A DNA stretch of 64,000 bases from Paramecium tetraurelia (taxonomy: Eukaryota), in contig CT867987.1 in assembly GCA_000165425.1 (NCBI GenBank), forward strand, positions 1-64,000, in the 5' to 3' direction. The stretch's first letter is position 1, and every line of letters starts with the position of its first letter. Positions 12,504-27,037 of the stretch are shown here, piece after piece. Under the pieces are notes generated by a model. That model had not been told where the DNA came from. It worked only from the letters and a program-made list of their open reading frames with translations, and did not search any database. The position numbers and the translations under genes are program-made.

Positions 12504-13139
12504 TTTTCATCTAACTTAATTAAATTATAAAATTTAATATTATTTAATTAAGTAAAATATCAAATGCTTAATAATTATTATACAAGCATAAAGAATTAAC
12601 CAAAATTTAACTGAGTATTAAAGCTCTAAATTTCTTTTAATCAATAAATGTTTCTAGAATTATGGCAACCCTTTACTCTACTATCATAAATATTGTGATA
12701 TATAGAAAAATCACTAAATTCGCATAAAACACCAAGATATCTAAGTTCTTCTAACAAAGTTTCAATAAAATCTAATTGAATATCCCAATTGTTAAAAATT
12801 TAATATATATATGAATAAATATATGATGTATTAAAAAAGGCTGAAAAAAATACTAATCTAGAACAGCAATATTGTAAAAAGAGTGGGAATAAACTTTAAC
12901 AATACTCTTTAATAACTGCGTAAGATTATTATTTTTTTATTAGATTATCGTTTTTGGTATAAGATAATTTCAAGGATTTCAAAACGGTAACTTTTTAATT
13001 AATTTTTTAAAAGCTTATTCTCTTAATATTTCTCACGTAAGTTAGCTTAATAAAAACATCGAGCCAGATAAGATTTCTAACATTAGTGATACTTATTAGA
13101 GAATTAAGATATGAATCATAATTTAAATTATAGGTAGAT

Positions 13140-14632
13140 AAATGCAATAATGGTATTTTTGGTTTTTGTATATTTGAAAATATAGAAAGATAAACTCAAA
13201 TTAAGAGTGTATAAAACCCATTCTGTTGATAAGTAACAGGTTATTGTATTCATCTAAGTTTAAAATAGTTAAACGACCTGGTTTATCAGTTTAAGGAATT
13301 ATCTCAGAGTCATCAATATATAATGAAATTTATGATTATAAATTTCACTTAAATAAGCCAAGTGAGGTAATAATTCTAAATTCTCCCTCTGAATAATCTA
13401 TAAATATACAATTTTTATTATTTTATATTTTGCTCTAATGCATTTATATTGGTTTATATGATGATTTAGTTAATTGGAATTAATTTTTCATCCTTCTACT
13501 AATTGCCAATTTAGTATGGAGATGAAATTTCATTAATGAATTTACCTTCTAACACAGATACATTAGAAATCGAATATCAAAAATTAATATAAATTAATTT
13601 TATATGTCTGACATTAATATGTAATAGGTTAGAAAACCCTTTTCTTATGAAATAATCAGAGAAAGTACTATCAAATAAAACGAATACAGTAGTGCAATAG
13701 CAATAAGTAAGGATAATTTACTGGTTTTGGCTACTGCTGACAAGGCTATAAAAGTTTATTAACTTAAATTGGGAAAGCTTAAGCAGTTTCAACATTTAAA
13801 TATGTTTAGAAAAGATGGCACAGCAATTAGTTTATTTGAAAAATCTTCCTTGTTTATAACTGGTGCAATTGATTCAACCATTCGCATTTCTTCAACTACT
13901 TTATTCTCTTCAGCCAAATATATTTAATAATTATATGGGCATACTAGTTGGATTTCAAATTTAATTATTCACCCTGTTGATTAAGATGTTCTATTTTCAA
14001 GTTCGAATGATAGTCAAATAAGAGTATGGCAAAATATGCAGAGTTGGTGTTGTTGTTAAATAATAAAAGAGCATAAAAATGATGTGAAAGGATTATCAAT
14101 AAGTAAAACAGGTAATCAATTGCTATCTTGTTCGGAGGACTTGCAAATCTTGATTATGGAACCAGTAAGCAATAAAAATTATTTTCCTTGGCAGGTAGTC
14201 TAGAAAATAAAAGTCGATTAGTAAGGTTATCGAATATGTTCTATTGATGATAGTATATTCACATTTTAATAGGATTCATAAAATCATATGCACATCTACT
14301 CAAAAGATGAAAATGGATTGTATTGTAAAACAGGATGACTTGAAGTTGCAGGTGGTGGATAATCTTGCGATTTTTTATTTCCATCTATTTATCATTCTAG
14401 CAAATAGCTTTTGATCATTAAAAATGGATATGCGATAAACATAATACGATTCTATAAAGAACTTCCAGTAAATGACCAAAATAAATCTTAATTTCTTTTA
14501 GAATAAGTCATAGATTTTGGAAGTAATACTTATGGGCATATTTGGGGAGCATTGAGTTAAGATCAAGAATACTTGATAACATGGGATTGTGATTCACAGG
14601 AAATATAAATAAGGAAATTTTAAGAGAATTGA
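13140..14632 (+). pseudogene. WD40-repeat protein, paralogue of the 11.4-12.5 kb copy, with in-frame TGA
   Basis: GHTSWISNL..SSSNDSQIRVW, EHKNDVKGLSISKTGNQLLSCSED, WGALSQDQEYLITWD. Internal TGA at 14336-14338, terminal TGA at 14630-14632; the N-terminal part is degenerate. Confidence 0.75.
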
Positions 14633-15214
14633 TACAATTTTAACTTAATTTTATATTAGTATTAGTGTTTATAAATCTTCGATAATTAGTTTGTTGCAAA
14701 AACAATTAAAATTGAATAGAATAATATTTATAGACGTAATATTTAATATATAGGCTCTAGTAGTTGAAAAAATAATTAGCGCTGTTTGAAACTAATCATG
14801 AACAAATTTTGGATAATACTTTATAAGAATTAAGTGGTATAAATAATCAATTAGCACATAATTCTGATCAGATTATTTAAAATGAAATACAAATTTATAT
14901 ATTAAATATAATTTATTTTCTATAGAAGCTACTTAGTAAATAAATTTGGAAGAAAAGTTAGAATTTCTTTTATTTATTTGTAATGTCTAGCAATATTGAT
15001 ATCTTTTGATATTTACTGCTATTTGACTTATTTGTGAGTCTGATTTCAAAAACAGAACAATATAATTTCAATTAAATATTTTTGTGTAATTAAAATTAAT
15101 AGAAAATTTAGAATTATAGATTAGTTAGGATTAAAAATGTAACTTCATTTCATATACAAATTTCTATTGAATCAATATGATTTATGATGCCTTTTGGGTT
15201 TAAGCTTATTTTAT

Positions 15215-15900
15215 TTTCATTTTATTCTTTATCCTCAATTTAATTAGTATCTGTTTTTAATTTAATCAACTTCCTATTCTGTAATTTTTTTCTATACATT
15301 AATTAATATTGATGTCTTTAATAAAGTTTCTATGTTTCAAAAATTTTATTACAATGATTGCAAGTTGCTTAAACTTTTTATTTTAACTGTCCTTTCCCGA
15401 TAGTTTTTCCAAATATTTTGGATTTTTTCTTATTTAGTTATTTTTTATGATGTTTTTTCATTATTTATTTTTCGTTTTTCTGATTAATTTACTCCTAAAG
15501 TAAATTATTCCAGTGTTTTTTTATATTCTCTTATTCCAGAACTTAAGAATTAGTCCTAATCTATGATATTGTTTCTTCGTTTTCTATCTAAACATTCAAT
15601 CTTTTTTATTATGAAAGAGAATCAATTTATTTTGATATATCAGCACATTTCTCATAAATAAGCGCTATAGTTTAATAGTGTTAAGTCAAGGGTATGAATT
15701 TCATTAAATTTTAATATTGTCTTAAGATTATAAATCGCTGCTTTATAATTAATTTATCATTATTATATTTATAAAAGGTTTCTTAATTTTTTCTAGAATA
15801 ATTGATATTGATAAATCTGTTTGATTTTTTAAATTTAGTATCTTGACAAATTACATTAATTGATTACTTCAAAACCATTCTTGATTTAATGTGTTCTTTA
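15215..15900 (-). pseudogene. Degenerate ORF containing a C2H2-like zinc-finger fragment
   Basis: Minus strand reads ATCNHCNKIFETQKLYQRH near 15310-15365; upstream frames are interrupted by TGA. Confidence 0.3.
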
Positions 15901-16289
15901 TTAATGATATTAAATTGCTTCAATCAGTTAAAATGTCTAAATTAATTTAATCAATAATGAAAATAACTATTTTAAAATACTAAATGATTGTAAAAATTTG
16001 TTTTTATTAAAATGGTAAGAAACAAAGTAGTGACTTTTTAATATTTTATTATCTAATAAAATATTAGTTTGTCCAAACTAAAATGAAACAGGCAAGATAA
16101 TCAATTATTTTAAAATTAAAATTACAATTATTTTCAAAAATTATAAGCTAGAACTTCAATTAAAATATTTACATATATAATTGATTCAATTATAAAATTT
16201 ATTTCTAATCAAATGGTTATCTTTATAAATTCATTGGAATCCTGAGCTTACCAGATATAACTTCGCAAGAGCCTAATAGTAAAGGCCCT

Positions 16290-17122
16290 TGGATATTCTT
16301 AAGTAATGTGATAAGGTTGGTGGCTATATAGTTCTGGTTGGTCTTTTAAGTTTTTAATGGATAAAGTTATTTTGGAAAATTCACCAAAGTGGAAGAAGTA
16401 AGTTATTGTGTAAATTTAAAGCGTAAAGGGAATTGCGTTTGAATTTTTAGCACTTAACTTAACTGGATATTTATTTTTAAGTGCTTACAGTTTGTCTGGT
16501 TATTTAAAAGGAGGGGAGAACGGTTGGCCATTCACTGGAAACATTACTTTATAGGATCTTATTTTTGCACTTCATTCAGTGGTAATCACAATCCTGACTA
16601 TACTCCAAACAGCTTATTATTATAAAAAAGAAGATAACCCAGGAGTAAGCTTATGGTGTATAATTGTTTTGATAATTCTATGGGCATAGGCGATATTGTA
16701 TATAATTCTGACATGCATTTTTGGTTGGGAAGTGATATTTACTTAAGAAAAATTAAATGTCCTATATTGGATGGGATATGAGAAATTATTTGTTACTCTC
16801 ATAAAAAATATTCCTTAGGTGTATTTGAATTATAAACGTAAGTCAACAGTTGGCTGGAGTATATTCAACATACTATTAGCCTTTATTGGAGGTATTTTAT
16901 CCTTTTTACAAATGCTGATAGATCAAATCAATGGAAGTATATATATTTTTATGTTAGTAAGAAAGTGCTAATTTAGTTGACATGAACATTGTTAAGTTTA
17001 TTTTGAGTTGGATAGTTTTGGGTTTCGATTTAATCTTCATGTTCTAGCACTATGTATTATATAATCCAAAAAGGAACAAATCAAAGGCTATTAAAGATGA
17101 ATATTAATATATGAAAGAATGA
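16290..17122 (+). CDS. CTNS: Cystinosin-like PQ-loop lysosomal transporter; 5' end frameshifted (sequence error or pseudogene)
   Basis: [47 protein letters not shown] and FDLIFMFQHYVLY; introns near 16408 and 16937; TGA 17120-17122. Confidence 0.8.
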
Positions 17123-17683
17123 TTTTATTTATATTTATAAATCTTTCCGTAATTCAGATTAACAAATAAGAATTAAAGATATCAATAATTATTAGATATT
17201 TTAAATTGATTTTAATAATCAATTATTTTTTTGGTAATCATATGCTAAATTAGAAGTTACTTGTTTATCGACATTCTGATCTATTAATATTTTATATTTT
17301 TTGATTTCTAATGCTGTAAAAGTAATTGTTTGTTTCTAATACAACTGTTATTATATATTAATTCGAAAAGCGTTTAAAGATTCATTAGGTATCACAATAG
17401 AGAGAACAGCTATTTCTTTTCATCTTATGATCGCAAAAATAATTACTGATTTATAAGAATCATAGCATAATAACTTTATTCTAAGAGATTTAATTGAAAA
17501 AGAATTGAAACTCAAATGGGTCTTAAATAAAATTACAAATGTCTAAAATTCAGTCCTTAAAAATGATAATTATACATTATAAAAAGTAATATTTATAAAT
17601 TTAAGAAAAAATATATTAATATTTAATTCAATTTTAATACTCAAAAAATTTATATTTTATATATTCTGGTTTATTCTGAATAA

Positions 17684-18655
17684 ATGGAATGCTCTATTTG
17701 TTGTGAAACAACAGAACTTTTAGAATTGCAATGCAGTTGTCAAATCTGTTCATGCTGTATGTTAAAATCAATTGATGCAAAATATTATGAAGTAATTGAG
17801 GAAATTCATTGTCCAGGTTCATGTCAAAGTAAACATTCAGTATAAGGATTAATGTCCAATTTGGGGGGGTTGAATGATCTTTTACTAGAAAAATATATAA
17901 AAACTACTTAAGACATTAGGTTATGTCCCAAAAATGATTGCTAGTATGGCGGAATAATAAAGCACAATTGTTAACACTTTGAATGCGAATGTGGATATCA
18001 ATTCAAGATAAAAGATGAAAAGTGGAATTTAAGGAGCATATTTTTGAATTTTATCACTATAAAGGATTGTCCAAAATGTTAAAGAAGGATTTTTAAAAAT
18101 GGAGGATGTAATCATATGACCTGTAAATGTTAATATGAATTCTGTTGGATTTGTACATAGAATTTCAAAGAACATAACAAATTAAAGTGCTATTCGAACA
18201 TCTTTATTAAGATATCTTTACTAGTGTTGATGTTTATAAATATAGTATATTCATTGAGATTGCTAGAAAGTTTTATGACAGTAGTTTTAGTACTTGTGAA
18301 GTAATTATAGTAAATTAAATTATTTAGACTAGTGCTATTTAATGGAAGTCTAATATTCTTATATTTGGGTATTATTGAACTGTACTAAATATCAAAATTG
18401 AATTTGGAATGCTCAAAATATTATAGTAATGGAAATGAAACCTTTAAAAGGATTATTAATTAGAAATGGATTATGTTTACATTGCTTATGGGTCAGTTTT
18501 GTCTACTATGTTTCTTTTTTTATTTATGCTACCAAGAATAGTATTAATTATTTGTATTATTAAGATTTATCGAAACTTACTGTCATTTCTTATTTTCGGA
18601 ATTTTCAATATTTATAATATTAGGAGCAACACTTTGGATAAGATCTAGGAAATGA
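17684..18655 (+). CDS. RBR (RING-IBR-RING2) E3 ubiquitin ligase with C-terminal hydrophobic segments; 3' end uncertain
   Basis: MECSICC..., IRLCPKNDCQYGG and [31 protein letters not shown] (RING2 with catalytic Cys); intron near 18301. Confidence 0.8.
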
Positions 18656-19389
18656 TTTAATATGTATTAATTAATTTTAACAATAATTTTTCATAAAGCA
18701 AATATATTTATTTTCCCTTGAATTTCCAATTACTAAAGAGGTATAAAAACCTGTTTCTCACTATGATAAAGACAGTAATTTTGGAATATCTTAGAGATAT
18801 TTTCAAATTCTTCTTGAGATTCAAAGGATATATATTTGAGTAAATTCAATAGTTAAACTATATCCAATAAAATCCCTTCAAAAATAAGAATTTAATATAT
18901 AAAATTCAATTAATAGGTTATTAATTAGGTTTATTATGATATTAGCACTTTTACTTATCGACATTCCAGATAAAGAGAATTAAATCAAAATTATAAATTT
19001 AACAGAGAAGACAATAAATTTTATTCAAATGATAAGACTCGCATTATCTTCGGCCTATTTAAAATTGTAATATAATATTCACGCTAATTTATAAGTAACT
19101 TAGATAGATGTAATTTTAGGGTATGAGAAAGTGTTATTAGTAAAAAGAATAGAATAATCAAATAATTTGAAATTAATATAGATCAAACATTATTTTAAAA
19201 TAAATAAGATAGCTACTTTGAAATATCTGATAATGATGATTATTATTCATGATATAGAATATTTTTGATGAATAACTTTTAACCCATAAATAGATTTTGA
19301 TAATTTATATCAAGAGAATAGAATTAAGAAGTAAAAATGAATGATTAGATATATAATTTTGTACTATACTGATATGTTTTAATGAATCA

Positions 19390-20298
19390 TCATTACTTTT
19401 CAACTTCCTAGTGATCTTTGGCTTATTTTTTTTCAAGTGCGGTCAAATACAAACCATTATCGTCTGGGAGGGAGATCAATGACTTTTTGCCTTTACCAAT
19501 AGTGAAGATATTGTTGATTCTGGTGGAGAAGTGTTTTCCGTTAGAATCCTAGGGATATGTGGAAATGAATGATTACTTTAACATGGACAATATCAAATGA
19601 TCCAAGATGTCTTTCTCTGTGTTGAATGAGTCCAACTCTTCCAATATTGTTACCTCCAATGATGTAACATAAATTTCCTAAAATGAATAGTAATTTTGTA
19701 ATACCTGGTTCTTCTTTGAGGAATTCAACAACCTTTCCTGATTCTAAATCGATTTTAAGAGTGTCATTAACATGGATATCTGGATTTGGATATCTGATGG
19801 TTCTGGCATCATTGGTGACAATGTATGGAACATTGTTTGGACCAACCTTCTTTTAGGTGACTTTGACAAGTTTGAATTTAGCTTCTTCTGGTTTGATGGA
19901 TTTTAAGATGAATTTGCCTTGAACATCATATAAAACTCTATAACTTTCTCTTGTTTTATCAATTGTGATGACATCTATAAGGAAGATATGATAAGTAGAT
20001 ACCCTATAATCCGACTGGATATCCACTATCAGTTCTCACTTTTCCATCAACCTTAATGTTGCCGTCCTTATCAGCAAGTATCATGGTAGATTCTCTAGCA
20101 TACAAGGCATATTTCAATTTATGTTGCAATATGACAGAAAGTGGAATTGATTCTCTCAATTTATGAGGTCCTTATGATGGTCTTGTGGTCCAATTTCCTC
20201 CTAATTTTGAAAGCATCCAACTTTTGGGTGCTGTGATTCTTTTCATGTGTTTCTTTGGTCCTCTTGCCTAAAATTGAGATCGATATAGTTTTTACCAT
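19390..20298 (-). CDS. RPS4: 40S ribosomal protein S4 (eS4)
   Basis: [20 protein letters not shown]..., [23 protein letters not shown] and [28 protein letters not shown]; several small introns; TGA at 19390. Confidence 0.97.
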
Positions 20299-20418
20299 AA
20301 TTGTTTCAAGAAAAAATTAAAATCTTTTTTAATTTATTTCAAAATGTTCACATTATAAACTAAAACTAGACGTTGGCATCTAAATATTTTATGATCATAT
20401 ATATATAAATAAAGAAAT

Positions 20419-22656
<2,238 letters not shown>

Positions 22657-22685
22657 CCTCCTATTATATTTAATTAATAATAATT
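22657..22685. promoter_or_regulatory. 29-bp spacer between divergent genes (DDX42-like and membrane protein)
   Basis: ATGs at 22656 (-) and 22686 (+) with an almost purely A/T spacer. Confidence 0.5.
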
Positions 22686-23389
22686 ATGTTTAAATTAAAT
22701 CCTAAAAAGGTACTCATCAAGACTCCCACTATTTATGATTATTAAGCTAATTTACCTGTCGAAGTAATTGTCCAATCTAAAACTAGACTAGGAAAGCCAT
22801 TGTGCTACATGTGATGAATAAGAATCCAAAACTTAGAATCAAAGGAGGAAATTCAATGACCAATCCATATAAAATACCCTATGAATTGGCTGTTGCAGAC
22901 TAAATTGAATAAATGGAAAAATACAAAAATTCCATTCTTTGGTCACCCAGAATGACTCCTAAAAAATTCACTTTTACTTTCATCTATCCGATGGGATTTG
23001 CTTTAGTCTTACTTTGGTATATACATAATGTTGCGATTCCGAGAAGAATGGTTGAGATGAAAAGAAAATACGGTTACGTCTATCCTGAATTAGAATCGAA
23101 GGGCTGGCTGGATGGTTGGTGGGATTATGAGTAGGAAGAGACAGAGCAGATATTTGATATCATCAATATGGAGTTCAAGAAAACAGAGGATAAAGTTAGA
23201 AACAAACAATATACAGATTTCACTATTTCAGATTTGCAAAACTTTGGAAACAAACCTACTTATGAGAATTCCGAATAAACAGCTAACATTACTAAATCTG
23301 GAAAATAAATTATGCAAACAAAGGAAAAATAGAAAATACAATCCCAATTTGAGAAGATCTTATAGTTGTAGACTAAACCATCGCAATGA
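22686..23389 (+). CDS. Hypothetical single-pass membrane protein
   Basis: ATG 22686, one 23-nt intron near 22764, hydrophobic segment FTFTFIYPMGFALVLLWYI; open in code 6 to TGA 23387-23389. Confidence 0.7.
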
Positions 23390-23510
23390 TTATTACATCT
23401 TTTATATATTTAAATATAACAATACAGAGAAAGAACATAATCGAAATTTATTAATGTATAGTAAAATTTAAAATTCTAATTAATATATCCTTTTAAATCA
23501 TTGATTCGCA

Positions 23511-25043
23511 ATGTCTTATCAAATTGAGAAGTGCCAAATTCATAATCTCGACAAACTATATATAAATTTAGAGAAGAACACTTAAGCATTCATGAAAACA
23601 GAATGCCTCTAATGTATTAAAAAGGAATCAATTAGCGTAGAAGAAATATTGATGAAATTCAAATAAATGATATCTATGCAATCAAAAGTAATTCAGAATC
23701 AACAGATAATGGTTGTCTTGTAAAAAATTGTGCAATCATCAGATTTAGCATTACATTCATTTCAACAAATGCATAAAACAATCTAAGATCAGCATGAAAA
23801 GTGGTAAAAAATACATTCATAATTCGAACAGATTTAGAAACTATCAAAATCTACTTATTACAATCAAGAAGAATTGTCTTAAATTGTAGAATTAACTCTG
23901 AATTCAAATCTTACTAATGTACCAAGTTTTGCAATAGCTTAATTAGATAATTTTCAAAAACTAACTATTAAACTTCAATAAATTAATGAGATTTTGCATT
24001 CAAATCCTCAAATAGCTAAGGTGATTCCCCAATAAGCAGCTAAATAGGAAGAATAATAATTATTATAACCCGTATAAAAAGGTGGTACTGATTAAAAAAA
24101 GGATTTCGAACAATTATCTTAATTTTAAACTAATATCACTGTGTACGCAATTGCTTTTAGTTTTGATAATTCTAAAATTGTAATTGGAGGAGGAAATTAT
24201 AATTAAATTTAAAATAAGAATTTAATGGTTTTGAATTTATCTGGCGACAGTAAATTGTAGAGTGAAACCATTTTATATGGTCATTCTAAGAGAGTTACAG
24301 CAATCTGTTATAGCAAGAACGAGCATTTTTTTGTCTCTGGAAGTCTAGATAGTACATTGAGGTTGTGGAGATATGAAATCAAAAATTAAAATTGGGACTG
24401 CATTAAATAATTGAATAAACACACCTCAACTGTCTTAGGATTAGCTATTAGTAATTATGATAACTTAATAATATCATGTGGACATGATTCTAAAATATTT
24501 ATTTGGAAAAATAGCAATCAAATTTGGTAGGAATCTCAGACTATATCTGAACATATAGCTGCTGTAAATAGTATAAGTTTATCAGATGATAATCATTTAT
24601 TAGCTTCAGGAAGTGAAGATACAAAAGTGTATATTTGGAAAAATGAAAATAATATTTTTAGTAAGTTAAGTCAAATCGATGTTCCTAGTTCAAGTTTTAT
24701 TTATTCTGTTCATTTCATTAAATACCATTCACTTATAGTGGGTACATTCGGCGGTAACATATCGATATGGTAAATTAATGAAGATAATAATCAATTATGT
24801 TATGAAAATAATCCAAATTTTGGATACATAAAGAAAATAGTATATAATTAGAATCAATCATTGATGATTACAAAATGTGAACATAGAACAATTATGTGGA
24901 AAATTATAAACAACGAAAAAATTGAGTAGATTAAAGATCAGGAAGGTGAATACTTAGGAATAGGATTATCACAAGGTCCATCAATAATTGCTATGTTTAA
25001 TTGTGAAAAAAAAGCACTTGAGTTGCTTTAATGTAATGTATGA
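23511..25043 (+). CDS. WD40-repeat protein with N-terminal Cys/His and coiled-coil region
   Basis: Intronless 511-codon code-6 frame; GHSKRVTAICYS..SGSLDSTLRLW, HTSTVLGL..SCGHDSKIFIW and HIAAVNSI..ASGSEDTKVYIW. Confidence 0.88.
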
Positions 25044-25197
25044 CAATATTTTTTTTTGTGTTATATTTATATCATATTATTATAATTGTAAAATGATTAT
25101 CTGTTAATTATCTATACTGAATAACCTAATAATATCGTTTGAAAACTTAAATTTAATAAAAAGTCATATTATAAATGCCTATTTGAGATAGAATTAA

Positions 25198-26982
25198 TCA
25201 ATCAGAATCATATCTTCTTGGTTTCTTAGATACATATATTTCTCTATAGATCGTATTCATAATTAAATTTATCATCCTAGGCTTCTCTTCTTTATCTCTT
25301 AAGAAAATTTCAGTTTATTTATTTAACTCTTTCAAATACCCTTACATGATCTTATTCAATAAATCTTAAATTTCATTATTCTTCTTTGTTTGAGCAGCCA
25401 AATACTTTAAATAAGGAGAAATTATTTGGATAGGAAGAAGATTCTTGATGACTGCTTTTTTACCATCAGGCTCGTCATCAAAAATCTAAGGAAGAATATT
25501 AATTTTATTCCAATTCACTTTTTTCCAATCAAATTTTAAGGGGATTTCATTTGCATATCTTTCTAAATATATGTGTACAAGAATTGATCCCACAATAAGA
25601 GCATTTCTATGTACAAAAAACAGAACATCCTAATCACTTTAGGATGGATGATATTCCCACGCTTTGAAAATCATCTGATTAACAAGTATTCTGAGTAAAA
25701 TTACTCCTTCTATAATCATCAATTGAATTGATTCGCCAATCTTACCGATCTAGCCTATAGTATTGAATCTGATCCTTTCCACTTCATATTGTATAAAGTA
25801 ATCAAGAGGGGGAAATTAATTAGGAATGCAAATAGATCTTAAAAAATCAAAAAATAAAGGACTTATATCATCTGCTTTAACAGTCTATGCTTAAGTGAGA
25901 AATCTAATAATGAAAGCAAAAACTTTATCATATTTCGCTTGATTTTCTTTGTCTTTTCCAATTTCTACTTTAAAGTCGACTTTATTATTCAAGAATTCAA
26001 TCATTTATTATTCTAAAGCTCCTTCATACTATCCTAGTAGATAATCCAATATATTTGGAATTTGAGCATCTTTCTCTCTGCATATTTTTAACTTTTTTTC
26101 AATCTCAGAATTTAAGGTTTTTATGTAATATGAAATGAAAATTATTGATGCTTTGAATATCCTAAACTTCTTGGTAGAAACGGGTAATTTCTTTTTAGCT
26201 TTCTTGAGAAAATTTTATTAGCTGGAATGAGAACTGCTCTTCATCAAACTGCTGGATAATTTTGATTTATGAAGAGAACTTTTGAATTCTTCTTTTAATT
26301 GTTTATCATTAAGTTATTCTTATTTTTTGTAAGGAATATGTTTGTCATATTAATTAGAAATAAGTAATTTATCAATCTCTTATTTTTACTATTGTTATTT
26401 TTGCAACTGTTGTTATTAGTACTGCTAATATTATTATTATTATTATTGGTATTATTATTATTATTATTAGTATTGTTATTAGTATTATTATGGATATTAA
26501 CTTAATTATGATGACCCCAAAGAAGACAATCTGGAATTATTAAAATATTGGGGATCATGAGGGTAAAGTATTTTATCCCCAGGCTTTTAAATTGGTTTAG
26601 GTTTGCCTTAAAAATTAATGGATATTTAAACCTAGATTCATTATGTTTTCTATTCTCTGTTAGCGAATTTCTTATTATTATTTAGATTTCTAGAAATCAA
26701 AACCCATTTAGATTTACGATTCCATTGGCCAAGGCATCATTGTAAAGGGAATAGGGATTACTGGCTATATTGATATTCAGAATTACCATTCCAGGTTGAG
26801 CAAGTGGAATGCTATCTAATGATGATCTGGTAAATATTGATGATGGATGTTCATATTGATTGAAATGCTTTGATTATGGAGGATTAAAGATACTTATGGT
26901 TATTATTAGAAAAAGTGAGCCTTTTTATTTCTAGCTCTTTCTTCTTCTTTCGAATATCTCAATTTAGCTAATTCTAATCCAT
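25198..26982 (-). CDS. Hypothetical protein with Gln/Tyr-rich tract; 5' end has apparent single-base indels
   Basis: Long code-6 frame with poly-Gln (TAA/CAA) at about 26400-26500 and a globular-looking C-terminal half; TGA at 25198; start region frameshifted. Confidence 0.6.
26410..26492 (-). repeat. (TAA)n-rich microsatellite encoding poly-Gln/YQQQ repeats
   Basis: The + strand shows runs of ttattattat with interspersed tag/tgg/ttg, in frame with the surrounding CDS. Confidence 0.8.
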
Positions 26983-27037
26983 ATAATAATTATTAATCTT
27001 GAAAATTATACATTGTTAATAATTATATGTGTATAAA

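Noticed and set aside
11662..14338. Selenocysteine at the WD40 in-frame TGAs
   Set aside because: The stops align to Gly and Glu-type positions in the paralogue rather than Cys, and no SECIS was evident; kept only as a general readthrough question.
18700..19340. Possible ~110-codon code-6 ORF between the RBR gene and RPS4
   Set aside because: No recognisable motif; with a single stop codon, open frames of this length arise by chance.
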